A DNA stretch of 64,000 nucleotides from Nitrospirota bacterium (GTDB lineage Bacteria; Nitrospirota; Thermodesulfovibrionia; Thermodesulfovibrionales; UBA9159): positions 288,001 through 352,000 of the forward strand of contig CAVOUE010000003.1 in assembly GCA_963699545.1 (NCBI GenBank), given 5' to 3'. Within the stretch, counting starts at the first letter, position 1; every line of letters starts with the position of its first letter. The position numbers were made by a program, and so were the translations under genes. Below are positions 43,475 to 52,330 of this stretch, piece by piece. The notes beneath the pieces are model-generated. The model did no database searches, had not been told where the DNA came from, and saw only the letters and a program-made list of their open reading frames with translations.

Positions 43475-44060
43475 TTACAGTCTTCCCTTCGTGCTCGGCA
43501 GCCCTCTTCTCGCCGGGTCTATCGAAACAGCCTCTCTGAGGGCCCGGCCGAATGCCTTGAAGATCGCCTCGAAGATGTGGTGGTGGTCCCTGCCGTAGTT
43601 TACGATGACATGGAGGTTCATCATGGCATGGTTCGACACAGACCGGAAGAAATCTTCAAAAAGCGAGAACTCCAGTCCCCTCGCTGTGGCACGGGGCTGC
43701 TTCACCTTGTAGACAAGATATGGTCTTCCGCTGAGGTCGATCACCACCTGCGCGAGACTTTCATCCATGGGGACAGTCGCAGTGCCGTACCGCCTGATCC
43801 CCCCCTTTTCTCCCAGGGCCTTCTTGATGGCGTCTCCGAAAACAATGCCCAGGTCCTCCATGAGATGATGATAGTCTATCTCGATATCCCCTGATGCCCT
43901 GATGTCCAGGTCTATCTGACTGTGAAAGGAGAGAAGGACGAGCATATGGTCCAGGAAGGGGATGGAGGTGTTGATGGTGTTCTTCCCCTTTCCGTCAAGG
44001 TTCATGCTGACGGAAATGTCCGTTCTCCTTCGTCTTTCTCCCGACCCTTGCCTTTCTCAT
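43475..44060 (-). CDS. hisB: Imidazoleglycerol-phosphate dehydratase (1-nt insertion at 44023-44024)
   Basis: MRKARVGRKTKETDI after correction, FLDHML, DYHHLMED, HHIFEAIFKA, PSTKG. Confidence 0.94.
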
Positions 44061-44185
44061 GCATCGCCTCCTGTACGAGCTGGGACTTCCCTCTCAATAG
44101 CTCAATTATACATGAACAGCCCTTAAAATGGCAGGGAACCAGGGGGAATGATGTATAATCTAGGGCAGGCAGAAAAATCACATCC

Positions 44186-44800
44186 ATGGAGTCAAACATG
44201 AAAACAATACGCTGTATCCTTTTCATCATGTATCTTTTTCTTATCGCCACCCCCGCGGCAGAAAGCGCCGATGCCCAGTTTTATTTCGACAGAGGGGGGA
44301 ACTACCTGAACGAAGGACAGATTGACAATGCCATCAAAGACTACACCCAGGCCATCTCCCTCAGTCCCAAGTTCGCCGAGGCATACTACAACCGGGGCCA
44401 GGCATACTACCGCAAGGGACTCTATGACGAGGCGATCGGTGATTTCAGCAAGGTCGTGGACCTCATGCCGAGCAGTGCGGAGATATATAACCTTCGGAGT
44501 CTTGCCTATTACAAAAAGGGCAGGTACCTTGATGCTATCGATGACGAGACAAAGGCCATCTCCCTCAATGCAGGCTTCGTTGTCGCCTACCATAACCGCG
44601 GCATCGCCTATGCAAAGAACGGGCAGTACGACGAGGCCATTGCCGACTATAACAGAGCTCTCAGCCTCAGGCCGGACTATATCGAAGCCTATTTCTCTCG
44701 GGGTGTTGCCTATGTGAGAAAGGCATCATCTGATTTCCAGAGGGCGTGTGAAAAGGGGAACAAACTGGCCTGCGATAACTTCAAGCAGCTTTCACAGTAG
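44186..44800 (+). CDS. Exported tetratricopeptide repeat protein
   Basis: Signal peptide; repeated AYYNRG..Y...G.YDEAI.D TPR units. Confidence 0.88.
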   Translation: MESNMKTIRCILFIMYLFLIATPAAESADAQFYFDRGGNYLNEGQIDNAIKDYTQAISLSPKFAEAYYNRGQAYYRKGLYDEAIGDFSKVVDLMPSSAEIYNLRSLAYYKKGRYLDAIDDETKAISLNAGFVVAYHNRGIAYAKNGQYDEAIADYNRALSLRPDYIEAYFSRGVAYVRKASSDFQRACEKGNKLACDNFKQLSQ

Positions 44801-44841
44801 CAACGAGACGAACAGACCAAAAGGCAAAGAAAAACCTGGAA

Positions 44842-44871
44842 GCTGAGAGCTGACAGGTACAAGCTCTCAGC
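44842..44871. terminator. Hairpin between convergent genes
   Basis: GCTGAGAGCT / AGCTCTCAGC perfect 10-bp stem. Confidence 0.6.
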
Positions 44872-44877
44872 CCTTTG

Positions 44878-46326
44878 CTATGCTGCTGTCAGCACCTTCA
44901 GTGCCTTGAGTCGTGAAGGATGTTTTAGTTTTCTCAGGGCCTTAGCCTCGATCTGCCGCACCCGTTCCCTGGTGATGGAAAGATGCTTTCCCACCTCTTC
45001 GAGCGTGTGGTCCCTGTCAACGCCTATCCCGAACCTCAGGCGTATCACCTGCTCCTCCTTAGGATTCAGGGTTTTGAGGAGCCCGATCATGTTCTCGGTC
45101 AATTCACCTGCCTCCGAATTGTCGAAGGGCGACAGGGCGTTCTTGTCGCCAATGAAGTCTGCCAGTTCAGTGTCCTCATCACCCACCGGGGTCTGGAGTG
45201 CAATGGGGTCCTGCACCGACCTGAAGGCCTCTTCGACCTTCTGGGGAGTAACGCCGAGGTACTTGGCGAGTTCGTCATTGTTCGGCTCCTTGCCGAGCTG
45301 CTGAGAGAGTTCCCTGGATGCCTTGGTGACCTTGTTGTAGAACTCCATCATGTGTACGGGAACCCTTATGGTCTTTGTCTGGTCGATAAGCGCCCGGGTG
45401 ATGGCCTGCCGTATCCACCAGGTTGCATACGTACTGAACTTAAAGCCCTTCTCATACTTGAACTTGTCCACCGCCTTCATGAGGCCGATGTTCCCTTCCT
45501 GGATCATGTCGAGCAGGGAAAGTCCCCTGTTCACATAGTTCTTGGCTATATTCACCACCAGTCTCAGATTCCTGGTTATCAGTTCATTTGTTGCTCCATC
45601 AACCAAGGCCCTGGCCCGGGAGATCTTTTCCCAGCGGGATCTCAACTCCTCAACCCCGGTTCCGGCTTCAGATTCCACCTTCTTGTAGGTGGCCCGGATC
45701 CTCTGTGCAAGGGCGGAGAGCTTTAAAGGGTTCATCCCCTTGTTCTTTTTTCCCCGTATCAGTTTCTGAAGGTCTTTCAGTGTGCCATATCGGGCGATCT
45801 CCCTGTCTGCCGCAGCAATCCTCTCCATAAGGCCATCGAATATGCTCAGGCTCCTGTTGAGGGCCTCTTCAGACCTGTCCTCTTCCTCTAATTCGAGGAT
45901 CTCCGCTTCTTCTTCCCCGACATGTTCAGCAGCCAGGGCTGATTCAACCTGTTTGTAAAAGGGGAGCGTACTGACAAGATCCCGTATGATGCTCTTTCCT
46001 TGTTCAAGCCTTTTTGCGAGCTCTATCTCTTCAGCCCTGGTAAGGACGGTGATATTGCCCATGGAGTGGAAATAGGCCTGCACAAGGTCCTCAGTCTTTT
46101 CGTACGCTTCGCTCTCTTCTTCTCCGGGAACCTCTTCCTCAAGAGCGACTGCCTCTTCATGGGATACGACTTCGATACCCATATCCTCAAGAAGATCCAG
46201 CACCTCTTCCAGTTCGTCGGGAGAGGAAAACTCCGAGGGAAGGGCATCATTTATCTCGTCATAGGTCAGCGTCCCGCGCTTTTTGCCCACATCAATTAAT
46301 TCTTCAAGGAGCTCGGTCTTGTTCAT
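44878..46326 (-). CDS. RpoD-like sigma-70 factor
   Basis: Region 1.1 LTYDEINDALP, NLRLVV.IAK, QEGNIGLMKAVDKF, KFSTYATWWIRQAI, TRERVRQIE. Confidence 0.92.
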   Translation of the reverse strand: MNKTELLEELIDVGKKRGTLTYDEINDALPSEFSSPDELEEVLDLLEDMGIEVVSHEEAVALEEEVPGEEESEAYEKTEDLVQAYFHSMGNITVLTRAEEIELAKRLEQGKSIIRDLVSTLPFYKQVESALAAEHVGEEEAEILELEEEDRSEEALNRSLSIFDGLMERIAAADREIARYGTLKDLQKLIRGKKNKGMNPLKLSALAQRIRATYKKVESEAGTGVEELRSRWEKISRARALVDGATNELITRNLRLVVNIAKNYVNRGLSLLDMIQEGNIGLMKAVDKFKYEKGFKFSTYATWWIRQAITRALIDQTKTIRVPVHMMEFYNKVTKASRELSQQLGKEPNNDELAKYLGVTPQKVEEAFRSVQDPIALQTPVGDEDTELADFIGDKNALSPFDNSEAGELTENMIGLLKTLNPKEEQVIRLRFGIGVDRDHTLEEVGKHLSITRERVRQIEAKALRKLKHPSRLKALKVLTAA

Positions 46327-46627
46327 GTTCTCACCGTTGTATCCTTCCCCTTGATGCACTCTGCAGAGCACCAAGTTTTCCCTTGTAAGATATGCATACC
46401 TTTCTAAGATAGATTATATCCAAATATTATGAAGAAAGCATGAAATTAATGAGGCAAGCTGTAACCAGCCGATATTTAGTCGCTTTTTGCCAATCTTGAC
46501 CTGCATGAGGGCTATGAACCGTCAGTTCTGAACTTCGAACCAGGGGAGTGATGAGCCATAAAGCGCGTGACGCTTTGCGGTCTGTCCGGAGGTGTGGTAT
46601 ATTGTTAGAAAAGGCAAAGGAGGGCGT

Positions 46628-46738
46628 ATGGCAACAGCAAAGGCAGTAAAATGCTCGGCAAAAACCAAAGAAGGAAAGAAGTGCAAGAACCCGGCAAGCG
46701 GGAAGTCTAAACTCTGCGCAACCCACAAGAAAAAGTAG
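46628..46738 (+). CDS. 36-aa basic Cys3His (putative Zn-binding) microprotein
   Basis: AGGAGG RBS; MATAKAVKCSAKTKEGKKCKNPASGKSKLCATHKKK-stop; TGGTATATT extended -10 upstream; hairpin downstream. Confidence 0.75.
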   Translation: MATAKAVKCSAKTKEGKKCKNPASGKSKLCATHKKK

Positions 46739-46933
46739 CGGGGACAGGTCCATATCTCATCCAGTGGTCCCTTCGCTGCGGTCGTTTCCCGGGGCGAAGG
46801 GGGATGTATTTATTTCTGAAGCCTGAGGGAATACTCTGCCCTGTTCTATTAACTATTTCAATTTCAGAAGCGCAGGGTTTTTTTGCGCCTGACGTTTCAC
46901 CCTTTACGATTTTTTCGCTGCAGGAGGTGAACT

Positions 46934-47249
46934 ATGGAAGAATTCAAAGGCGTTTCTGTTGTCAGGAAGGCGAATATCTATTTTGACGGAAGGGTCACCA
47001 GCAGGACCGTCCTTTTCGCTGACGGCTCCAAAAAGACGCTGGGGATCATGCTCCCCGGCGAGTATGAGTTCAACACTGGAGAACAAGGAGCTCATGGAGA
47101 TCATGTCAGGGGAACTGGACGTGCTGCTTCCGGGAGAGGCGGCAGGGAAGACGATAAAGGGCGGAGATGTCTTCGAAGTCCCTGCAAGCTCGAAATTCAG
47201 GCTGAAGGTCAAAACACTCACCGATTACTGCTGCTCGTTCCTGAAGTAG
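46934..47249 (+). CDS. ppnP: Pyrimidine/purine nucleoside phosphorylase (1-nt insertion near 47082)
   Basis: [43 protein letters not shown]. Confidence 0.9.
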
Positions 47250-47313
47250 CGGCCTGTTTTCCCCCCCTGTTTTGGGGTACACTTGAGGAGAAAGACGTTG
47301 AAAGGAGGAAAGG

Positions 47314-47808
47314 ATGAAAACGTTTGTATCGTGCGGAATGATAAGTGCGGCACTGGTCTTTTTTCTGTTCATCGCGGGTCCGGCAGGCGCGCAGGAGGAC
47401 CACGGACCCGCGGGGAAGAAACTGTTTACGAAACATTTCCAGGAAACACTCTTCGATGTTACCGGGCGTGCCTCATACAGCGTGGAGGTCCTGCTTGATG
47501 AGAAAGAGTACAAGATAGGGAAGGATGTGATCGGCATTGTGGTCCACGATGCCCATGATGAGGATGTGAAGGGGGCGGAGCTCAGCATTGTCCATAAGAA
47601 CCTTTCCAGCGGCAAGAAAGCGCCCGGTACGCTGACCGTGGCGGACAAGGGCAGCGGTCTTTATATTGTTTCCGGGCTCAACCTTCAGAGAGACGGGCGG
47701 TGGGAACTGACAATAACGGTAAGAAAGGACGGCATAGAAGACCGTGCGAAGTTTGTCCTTCCTGATGCGCTGAAGGATCGTGTGCCGAAGGGCAGATACT
47801 CACCCTGA
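47314..47808 (+). CDS. Exported hypothetical protein (YtkA/FixH-like C-terminus)
   Basis: Signal peptide; [14 protein letters not shown] Ig-like pattern. Confidence 0.6.
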   Translation: MKTFVSCGMISAALVFFLFIAGPAGAQEDHGPAGKKLFTKHFQETLFDVTGRASYSVEVLLDEKEYKIGKDVIGIVVHDAHDEDVKGAELSIVHKNLSSGKKAPGTLTVADKGSGLYIVSGLNLQRDGRWELTITVRKDGIEDRAKFVLPDALKDRVPKGRYSP

Positions 47809-47842
47809 AGATGCGGGATGTGAGCGAAGAGCTCTGGACTCT

Positions 47843-48373
47843 TTATGTCTTACGGTCTTTTCTTGCGAATCTCTTTACGAGGCTGATCGTCCACGTCATG
47901 GTGAAGAGGATATATCCGCCAAAAAGGAGGAAAAACCAGTCCCCCAAGCCCCTGCGCCAGCCGAGGTTCACCCTGATGGCGAGGTGCATGGTGCTCATCA
48001 AAAAAAAGAGCGTTGCGGACCAGAAGCCTGTCATATACTGCATGAGGGTTGCTACGGATTCGGCGCGCCGCTCCGGCGAGAGCCAGTAGTCCTTATTCGG
48101 AAGATTGATGAGGGAAACCGGTATCTTTGTGGAGGAGAGCCTCGTTGCTGTCTGGATGACCGCCATGAGGATCACCATACCGGCATAGATCGCGAAGAAG
48201 ACAGCTTTGCCGGACCAGCCGTTTGGCCTGCCTGAACCGTTGAAATGGGAGGCCACCCGCTCCGGAAGGAGAGGGTAGTAATAGATCATGTGCAGTACCG
48301 CGGACACAACAAGCAGCCAGAAAAGCTTTTCCCCGACCCTCCTGTCTTCACTCTCCCGCATCGTCCCATTCAT
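47843..48373 (-). CDS. DUF1648 domain membrane protein
   Basis: YPLLPERVASHFNGSGRPNGW, INLPNKDYW. Confidence 0.85.
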   Translation of the reverse strand: MNGTMRESEDRRVGEKLFWLLVVSAVLHMIYYYPLLPERVASHFNGSGRPNGWSGKAVFFAIYAGMVILMAVIQTATRLSSTKIPVSLINLPNKDYWLSPERRAESVATLMQYMTGFWSATLFFLMSTMHLAIRVNLGWRRGLGDWFFLLFGGYILFTMTWTISLVKRFARKDRKT

Positions 48374-48395
48374 CCGGATGGACACTTCCCCTGCA

Positions 48396-48482
48396 TGGTG
48401 CCGGTGGTGGGAATCGAACCCACACGAGGTTGCCCTCACCGGATTTTGAGTCCGGCGCGTCTGCCAGTTCCACCACACCGGC
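48396..48482 (-). tRNA. tRNA-Leu (CAA)
   Basis: 87-nt cloverleaf with long variable arm; CCGGA-CT-CAA-AA-TCCGG; GTTCGATTCC; CCA end. Confidence 0.97.
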
Positions 48483-48555
48483 TTTTTAGTGATTGTAAAG
48501 GATTTCCTCCTCGATGGTCAAATGCTCGTAACCCTGGTTGTGTCATTGGACCCTC

Positions 48556-50370
48556 TTATTTAGAAATAGAATTGAGAGATTGACGGGCTCGATAATGGTT
48601 AAGCTCTATTCTCAGAACAGCTTCGAATTCCCGGCGTGCACCGTTTATATCCCCTTTCATAATATAAACCTGTCCGAGATTATAGTGGGCATCAGGAAAA
48701 GCCGGACTTTGACTCAGGGCGATATGATATTGTTCCATCGCTGCATCGAGCATCCCCTTCGCTGCGAACGCGTTCCCTAGGTTGTTATGAGCCTCGGGGA
48801 AATGGGGTTGCAGACTCACCGCAACTTTATAGAGTTCCACCGCCTGAGCGATCATGCCGATGGCCATGTAATCTATGCCGAGGTCATAAAAGGTATGAGC
48901 GTCCCTTGGGTCGAGTTTTGCGGCGATAAGGTATTGTTGAATGGCTTTATCATACATGCCTTTTTCATCGTACGACCTCCCTAAATTGTTATGAGCATTT
49001 ACATCACCCGGAGATTTTCTCACGGTATCCTCCCATAGACTTATACCGCTTTGCCATACCTCGTTCCGCGCGTATGTACCAAAAGAAAAGGACACAGACA
49101 TAATGATAAGAACTGAAATCACTAATAGATGTGCCTTCTTGCTCTTAACCTTCTCTGAGAGCAGGTACATTCCGCAGACTGCGGCAGGAAACAAAACAGT
49201 GGACGGGAGATAGACCCTGTACTCGTTGATAAACAGCGGCAGCGGGATTACACTTGACTCAACAGACAGGGCAATAAAGAATCCGAATATCCCGAAACTT
49301 ATCAATCGCAATTCAGGCTTTATCCGTGAACGGTAGAGGAGATAGATGCCTGAACATATGATCGCTGAAAGCAACAGAAAAGAAAGAAATACCCGCTTGT
49401 CAAAGAATGAATGGAACCAGGGATACTCATAATAAAAGTTCTGGTTGACCGGAAATAGTAAAAGTCTTAAGTAAGTGACTATAACCCTGAATTCTGTAAA
49501 GAGATAAGACGATCTTGAGATTCTGCTGAGCCCTGACGCCGCTGAATCTACATGCCTGATCACTGCGCCAATTCCATCCATAGGTATATCATGAGCCATG
49601 TGTGCCAGAGGAATGATCCCCATCGTAAGCAGCAAGGGCGCTAAGCGAAATATCCTCCTCTTCAGCGAATCCTTGAAAAAGAAGGAGTCATAAAGGGCAA
49701 TCACGATAGGAAGAGTGAAGGCATTCTCTTTTGTTTTCATTGCCATGACCGCAGAAATAATAGATAATGCATAGAAAGAATACCGTCCAGTGCGTCTCTC
49801 GGAGAGTCTGGATTTCACATATGTTGTGAGCGAGAAGAGATAAAAGAATGTTACGAGTGAGGCAAGCCGCTGAAAGATATACGTTACAGCTTCAGTTTGA
49901 ATAGGATGAGAGATAAAAAACAGCGCCGAAAATAAAGCTATAACTCTTGAATGTGCCTTCAGATGAGACTCACCCAGGAAGGGCGTATTGAAGGTCAGGA
50001 TTACAAAAAAGTAAAGGAGAAAAGCGTTTAGGACGTGAATTGACAGGTTGACTATATGGTATCCCATGACGTCAAGACCATGTATGGCATAGTTTAACGC
50101 GAACGTTAAGAAACCTATGTAACGTGTCTTAAGAGCACTGTATTGCTCAAGCCCTGTTGCTCTGGATGGTTCAACGAAATAACTGAGATCTTTAACAATG
50201 GGGTTATTTTTTATCAGACTATCTTCGTCACATTGGAACGGAACATTGAATGTGTTGGAGTAGATGATCAGACCTGCCGCGCATATCAGAACCAGGTGAA
50301 CAACAGTTCTGTTTAAGAATCCAGGTCCCAGAGAACTAGTCTCCATTAAAGCGTGTTTGATACGGGCCAT
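48556..50370 (-). CDS. TMTC-like membrane glycosyltransferase with C-terminal TPRs
   Basis: GYHIVN..IH, HPIQTEAV.YI.QR, KENA, EYRVYLPS, RN.VW, TPR repeats. Confidence 0.85.
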   Translation of the reverse strand: MARIKHALMETSSLGPGFLNRTVVHLVLICAAGLIIYSNTFNVPFQCDEDSLIKNNPIVKDLSYFVEPSRATGLEQYSALKTRYIGFLTFALNYAIHGLDVMGYHIVNLSIHVLNAFLLYFFVILTFNTPFLGESHLKAHSRVIALFSALFFISHPIQTEAVTYIFQRLASLVTFFYLFSLTTYVKSRLSERRTGRYSFYALSIISAVMAMKTKENAFTLPIVIALYDSFFFKDSLKRRIFRLAPLLLTMGIIPLAHMAHDIPMDGIGAVIRHVDSAASGLSRISRSSYLFTEFRVIVTYLRLLLFPVNQNFYYEYPWFHSFFDKRVFLSFLLLSAIICSGIYLLYRSRIKPELRLISFGIFGFFIALSVESSVIPLPLFINEYRVYLPSTVLFPAAVCGMYLLSEKVKSKKAHLLVISVLIIMSVSFSFGTYARNEVWQSGISLWEDTVRKSPGDVNAHNNLGRSYDEKGMYDKAIQQYLIAAKLDPRDAHTFYDLGIDYMAIGMIAQAVELYKVAVSLQPHFPEAHNNLGNAFAAKGMLDAAMEQYHIALSQSPAFPDAHYNLGQVYIMKGDINGARREFEAVLRIELNHYRARQSLNSISK

Positions 50371-50614
50371 CAGGAATAAGATACCATATACTCACTCCTT
50401 GGCGGCAACATCTATCGCCTCAATGTTTTGCTTGCGAAATCCTCGGTAATCAATGAATGAAATTGCCGCGGCTTGCTTGGAAGTTCGGCAATTTGTGTGT
50501 TTGTGGAAGGCCTCGGCTCTTTTCGGGCGAGGGGAATCAGCCTGCCATAAGGTAACAAAAAGTTGGCCTTTCACAACCCTTGATTTATCATCTTTTATCC
50601 TATATCCTTCATGT

Positions 50615-52186
50615 ATGAAAGAAGAGTACGTGGACTTTCTCGTCATCGGCAGTGGTGTTGCAGGCCTCAGAGCTGCCATAGAATTGGCGCCGCATGGAAC
50701 GGTCCTCATCGCCACAAAGGATGTCCCCACGGAGAGCAGTACGGAATATGCCCAAGGAGGTATCGCCGTTGCCATGAGTGACGAGGACGAAGTGGGGATC
50801 CATCTGGAAGATACCCTCAAGGCCGGAGACGGTCTCTGCAACGAAAGTGCGGTGAAGATCCTGGTGGAAGAAGGGCCCTGGCGGATCAGCGAACTCATCT
50901 CATGGGGAGCAGAGTTTGACCGCGAAGGAACAAAGCTCGCTTTCACAAGGGAAGCGGCGCATTCCAAGAACCGTGTCCTTCACGCACAGGGCGATTCCAC
51001 AGGGAAGGAGCTGGAAAGGGTGCTCATTACCAAGGTCCGTACGTACAAGTCCGTGAAGAAATACCCCTTCGCGTTTACCGTTGACCTGATGGTCAACGGC
51101 GCTGAATGCGGTGGCGCATATATGGTGAAGGACGGGGAGATCATCCAGCTCTTTGCAAAGGCGACCATTCTCGCCACCGGTGGAGCCGGGCAGATCTATG
51201 AAAGAACGACGAACCCTGCAGTGGCTACGGGGGATGGAATGGCTATCGCCTTTCGGGCCGGGGCTGTTCTTGAGGATATGGAGTTCGTCCAGTTCCACCC
51301 CACGAGCCTCTACGTGCCGGGAGCGCCCCATTTTCTCCTGAGCGAGGCGATGCGTGGAGAAGGAGCTGTCCTTAAGAATATCCATGGAGAACCGTTTATG
51401 AAGAACTATCATCCCTCTGCGGAGCTTGCGCCCCGGGATGTGGTATCCCGCGCAATTATATCCGAGATGGTCCGTACAGAGAGTGCCCATGTGTACCTCG
51501 ATCTGACCCACCTCGACAAAGAGTTTGTGAAGAAGAGATTCCCCCGCATTTACCTCACGTGCAGGATATACGGCATCGACATTGCGGAAGACCTTGTCCC
51601 TGTTTCTCCTGCGGCCCACTATATCATGGGAGGGATCAGGACGGATCTGAACGGTGCGACCAGCATAAAGGGTCTTTACGCTGCCGGAGAAGTTGCCTGC
51701 ACAGGCGTACACGGGGCAAACAGGCTGGCAAGTAACAGCCTTCTCGAAGGCCTTGTGTTTGGCGCAAGGGCGGGAATTGCCGCTTTGCAGCACGGCTCGG
51801 GAGGGCGGATGCTCGGAAGTCCGGAAACCCGGGGACCTCATCCTTCATGCTCGACCCTCCCACGCTTCAGCTCCTCCTATTTAAACGGTATGAGGACTTC
51901 CCTGAGGAGGCTGATGTGGGAAAAGGTTGGGATCATACGTTGTGCGGAGGCGCTGTCCATAGCAAAGGACAGCCTTTCACAGTGGGAACCTGAAGTGGAT
52001 GAGGTCTCGGTCACGAGAGAGGAACAGGAACTGAGAAACATGCTCGCTGTTTCCCGCCTGATCACTGACGCGGCACTTGAAAGAAAGGGGAGCGTCGGGG
52101 CGCACTTCCGGTCGGATTTCCCTCTCAGGGGTGATGACGGCAACAGGCATGTTCTTTCGGAAAAAGGAAAACTGCTGAAGCAATGA
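50615..52186 (+). CDS. nadB: L-aspartate oxidase
   Basis: IGSGVAGL, YAQGGIA, EAAHS, EFVQFHPT, ELAPRDVV, GVHGANRLASNSLLE. Confidence 0.95.
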   Translation: MKEEYVDFLVIGSGVAGLRAAIELAPHGTVLIATKDVPTESSTEYAQGGIAVAMSDEDEVGIHLEDTLKAGDGLCNESAVKILVEEGPWRISELISWGAEFDREGTKLAFTREAAHSKNRVLHAQGDSTGKELERVLITKVRTYKSVKKYPFAFTVDLMVNGAECGGAYMVKDGEIIQLFAKATILATGGAGQIYERTTNPAVATGDGMAIAFRAGAVLEDMEFVQFHPTSLYVPGAPHFLLSEAMRGEGAVLKNIHGEPFMKNYHPSAELAPRDVVSRAIISEMVRTESAHVYLDLTHLDKEFVKKRFPRIYLTCRIYGIDIAEDLVPVSPAAHYIMGGIRTDLNGATSIKGLYAAGEVACTGVHGANRLASNSLLEGLVFGARAGIAALQHGSGGRMLGSPETRGPHPSCSTLPRFSSSYLNGMRTSLRRLMWEKVGIIRCAEALSIAKDSLSQWEPEVDEVSVTREEQELRNMLAVSRLITDAALERKGSVGAHFRSDFPLRGDDGNRHVLSEKGKLLKQ

Positions 52187-52216
52187 ACGGAAGGCGGAGC
52201 AAATCTGCTTCCGTTT
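52187..52216 (+). terminator. Probable terminator hairpin after nadB
   Basis: ACGGAAGGCGGA-GCAAA-TCTGCTTCCGT followed by TT. Confidence 0.5.
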
Positions 52217-52330
52217 CAATTACCGGTGGTGTCCTGCAGGTTGAATGGTATCCTCCGGTAATTCATACTTCCTTCATAAGCGTATGTCATAATCGCCTCA
52301 TGATAACTCAACAAAAAGGAGGGTAGGAAG

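Noticed and set aside
48374-48478. N-terminal extension of the 47843-48478 ORF
   Set aside because: It overlaps tRNA-Leu; the real start is 48373 or later
48396-48482. Integrative element at tRNA-Leu or tRNA-Phe
   Set aside because: No integrase and no duplicated tRNA 3' end seen in the window
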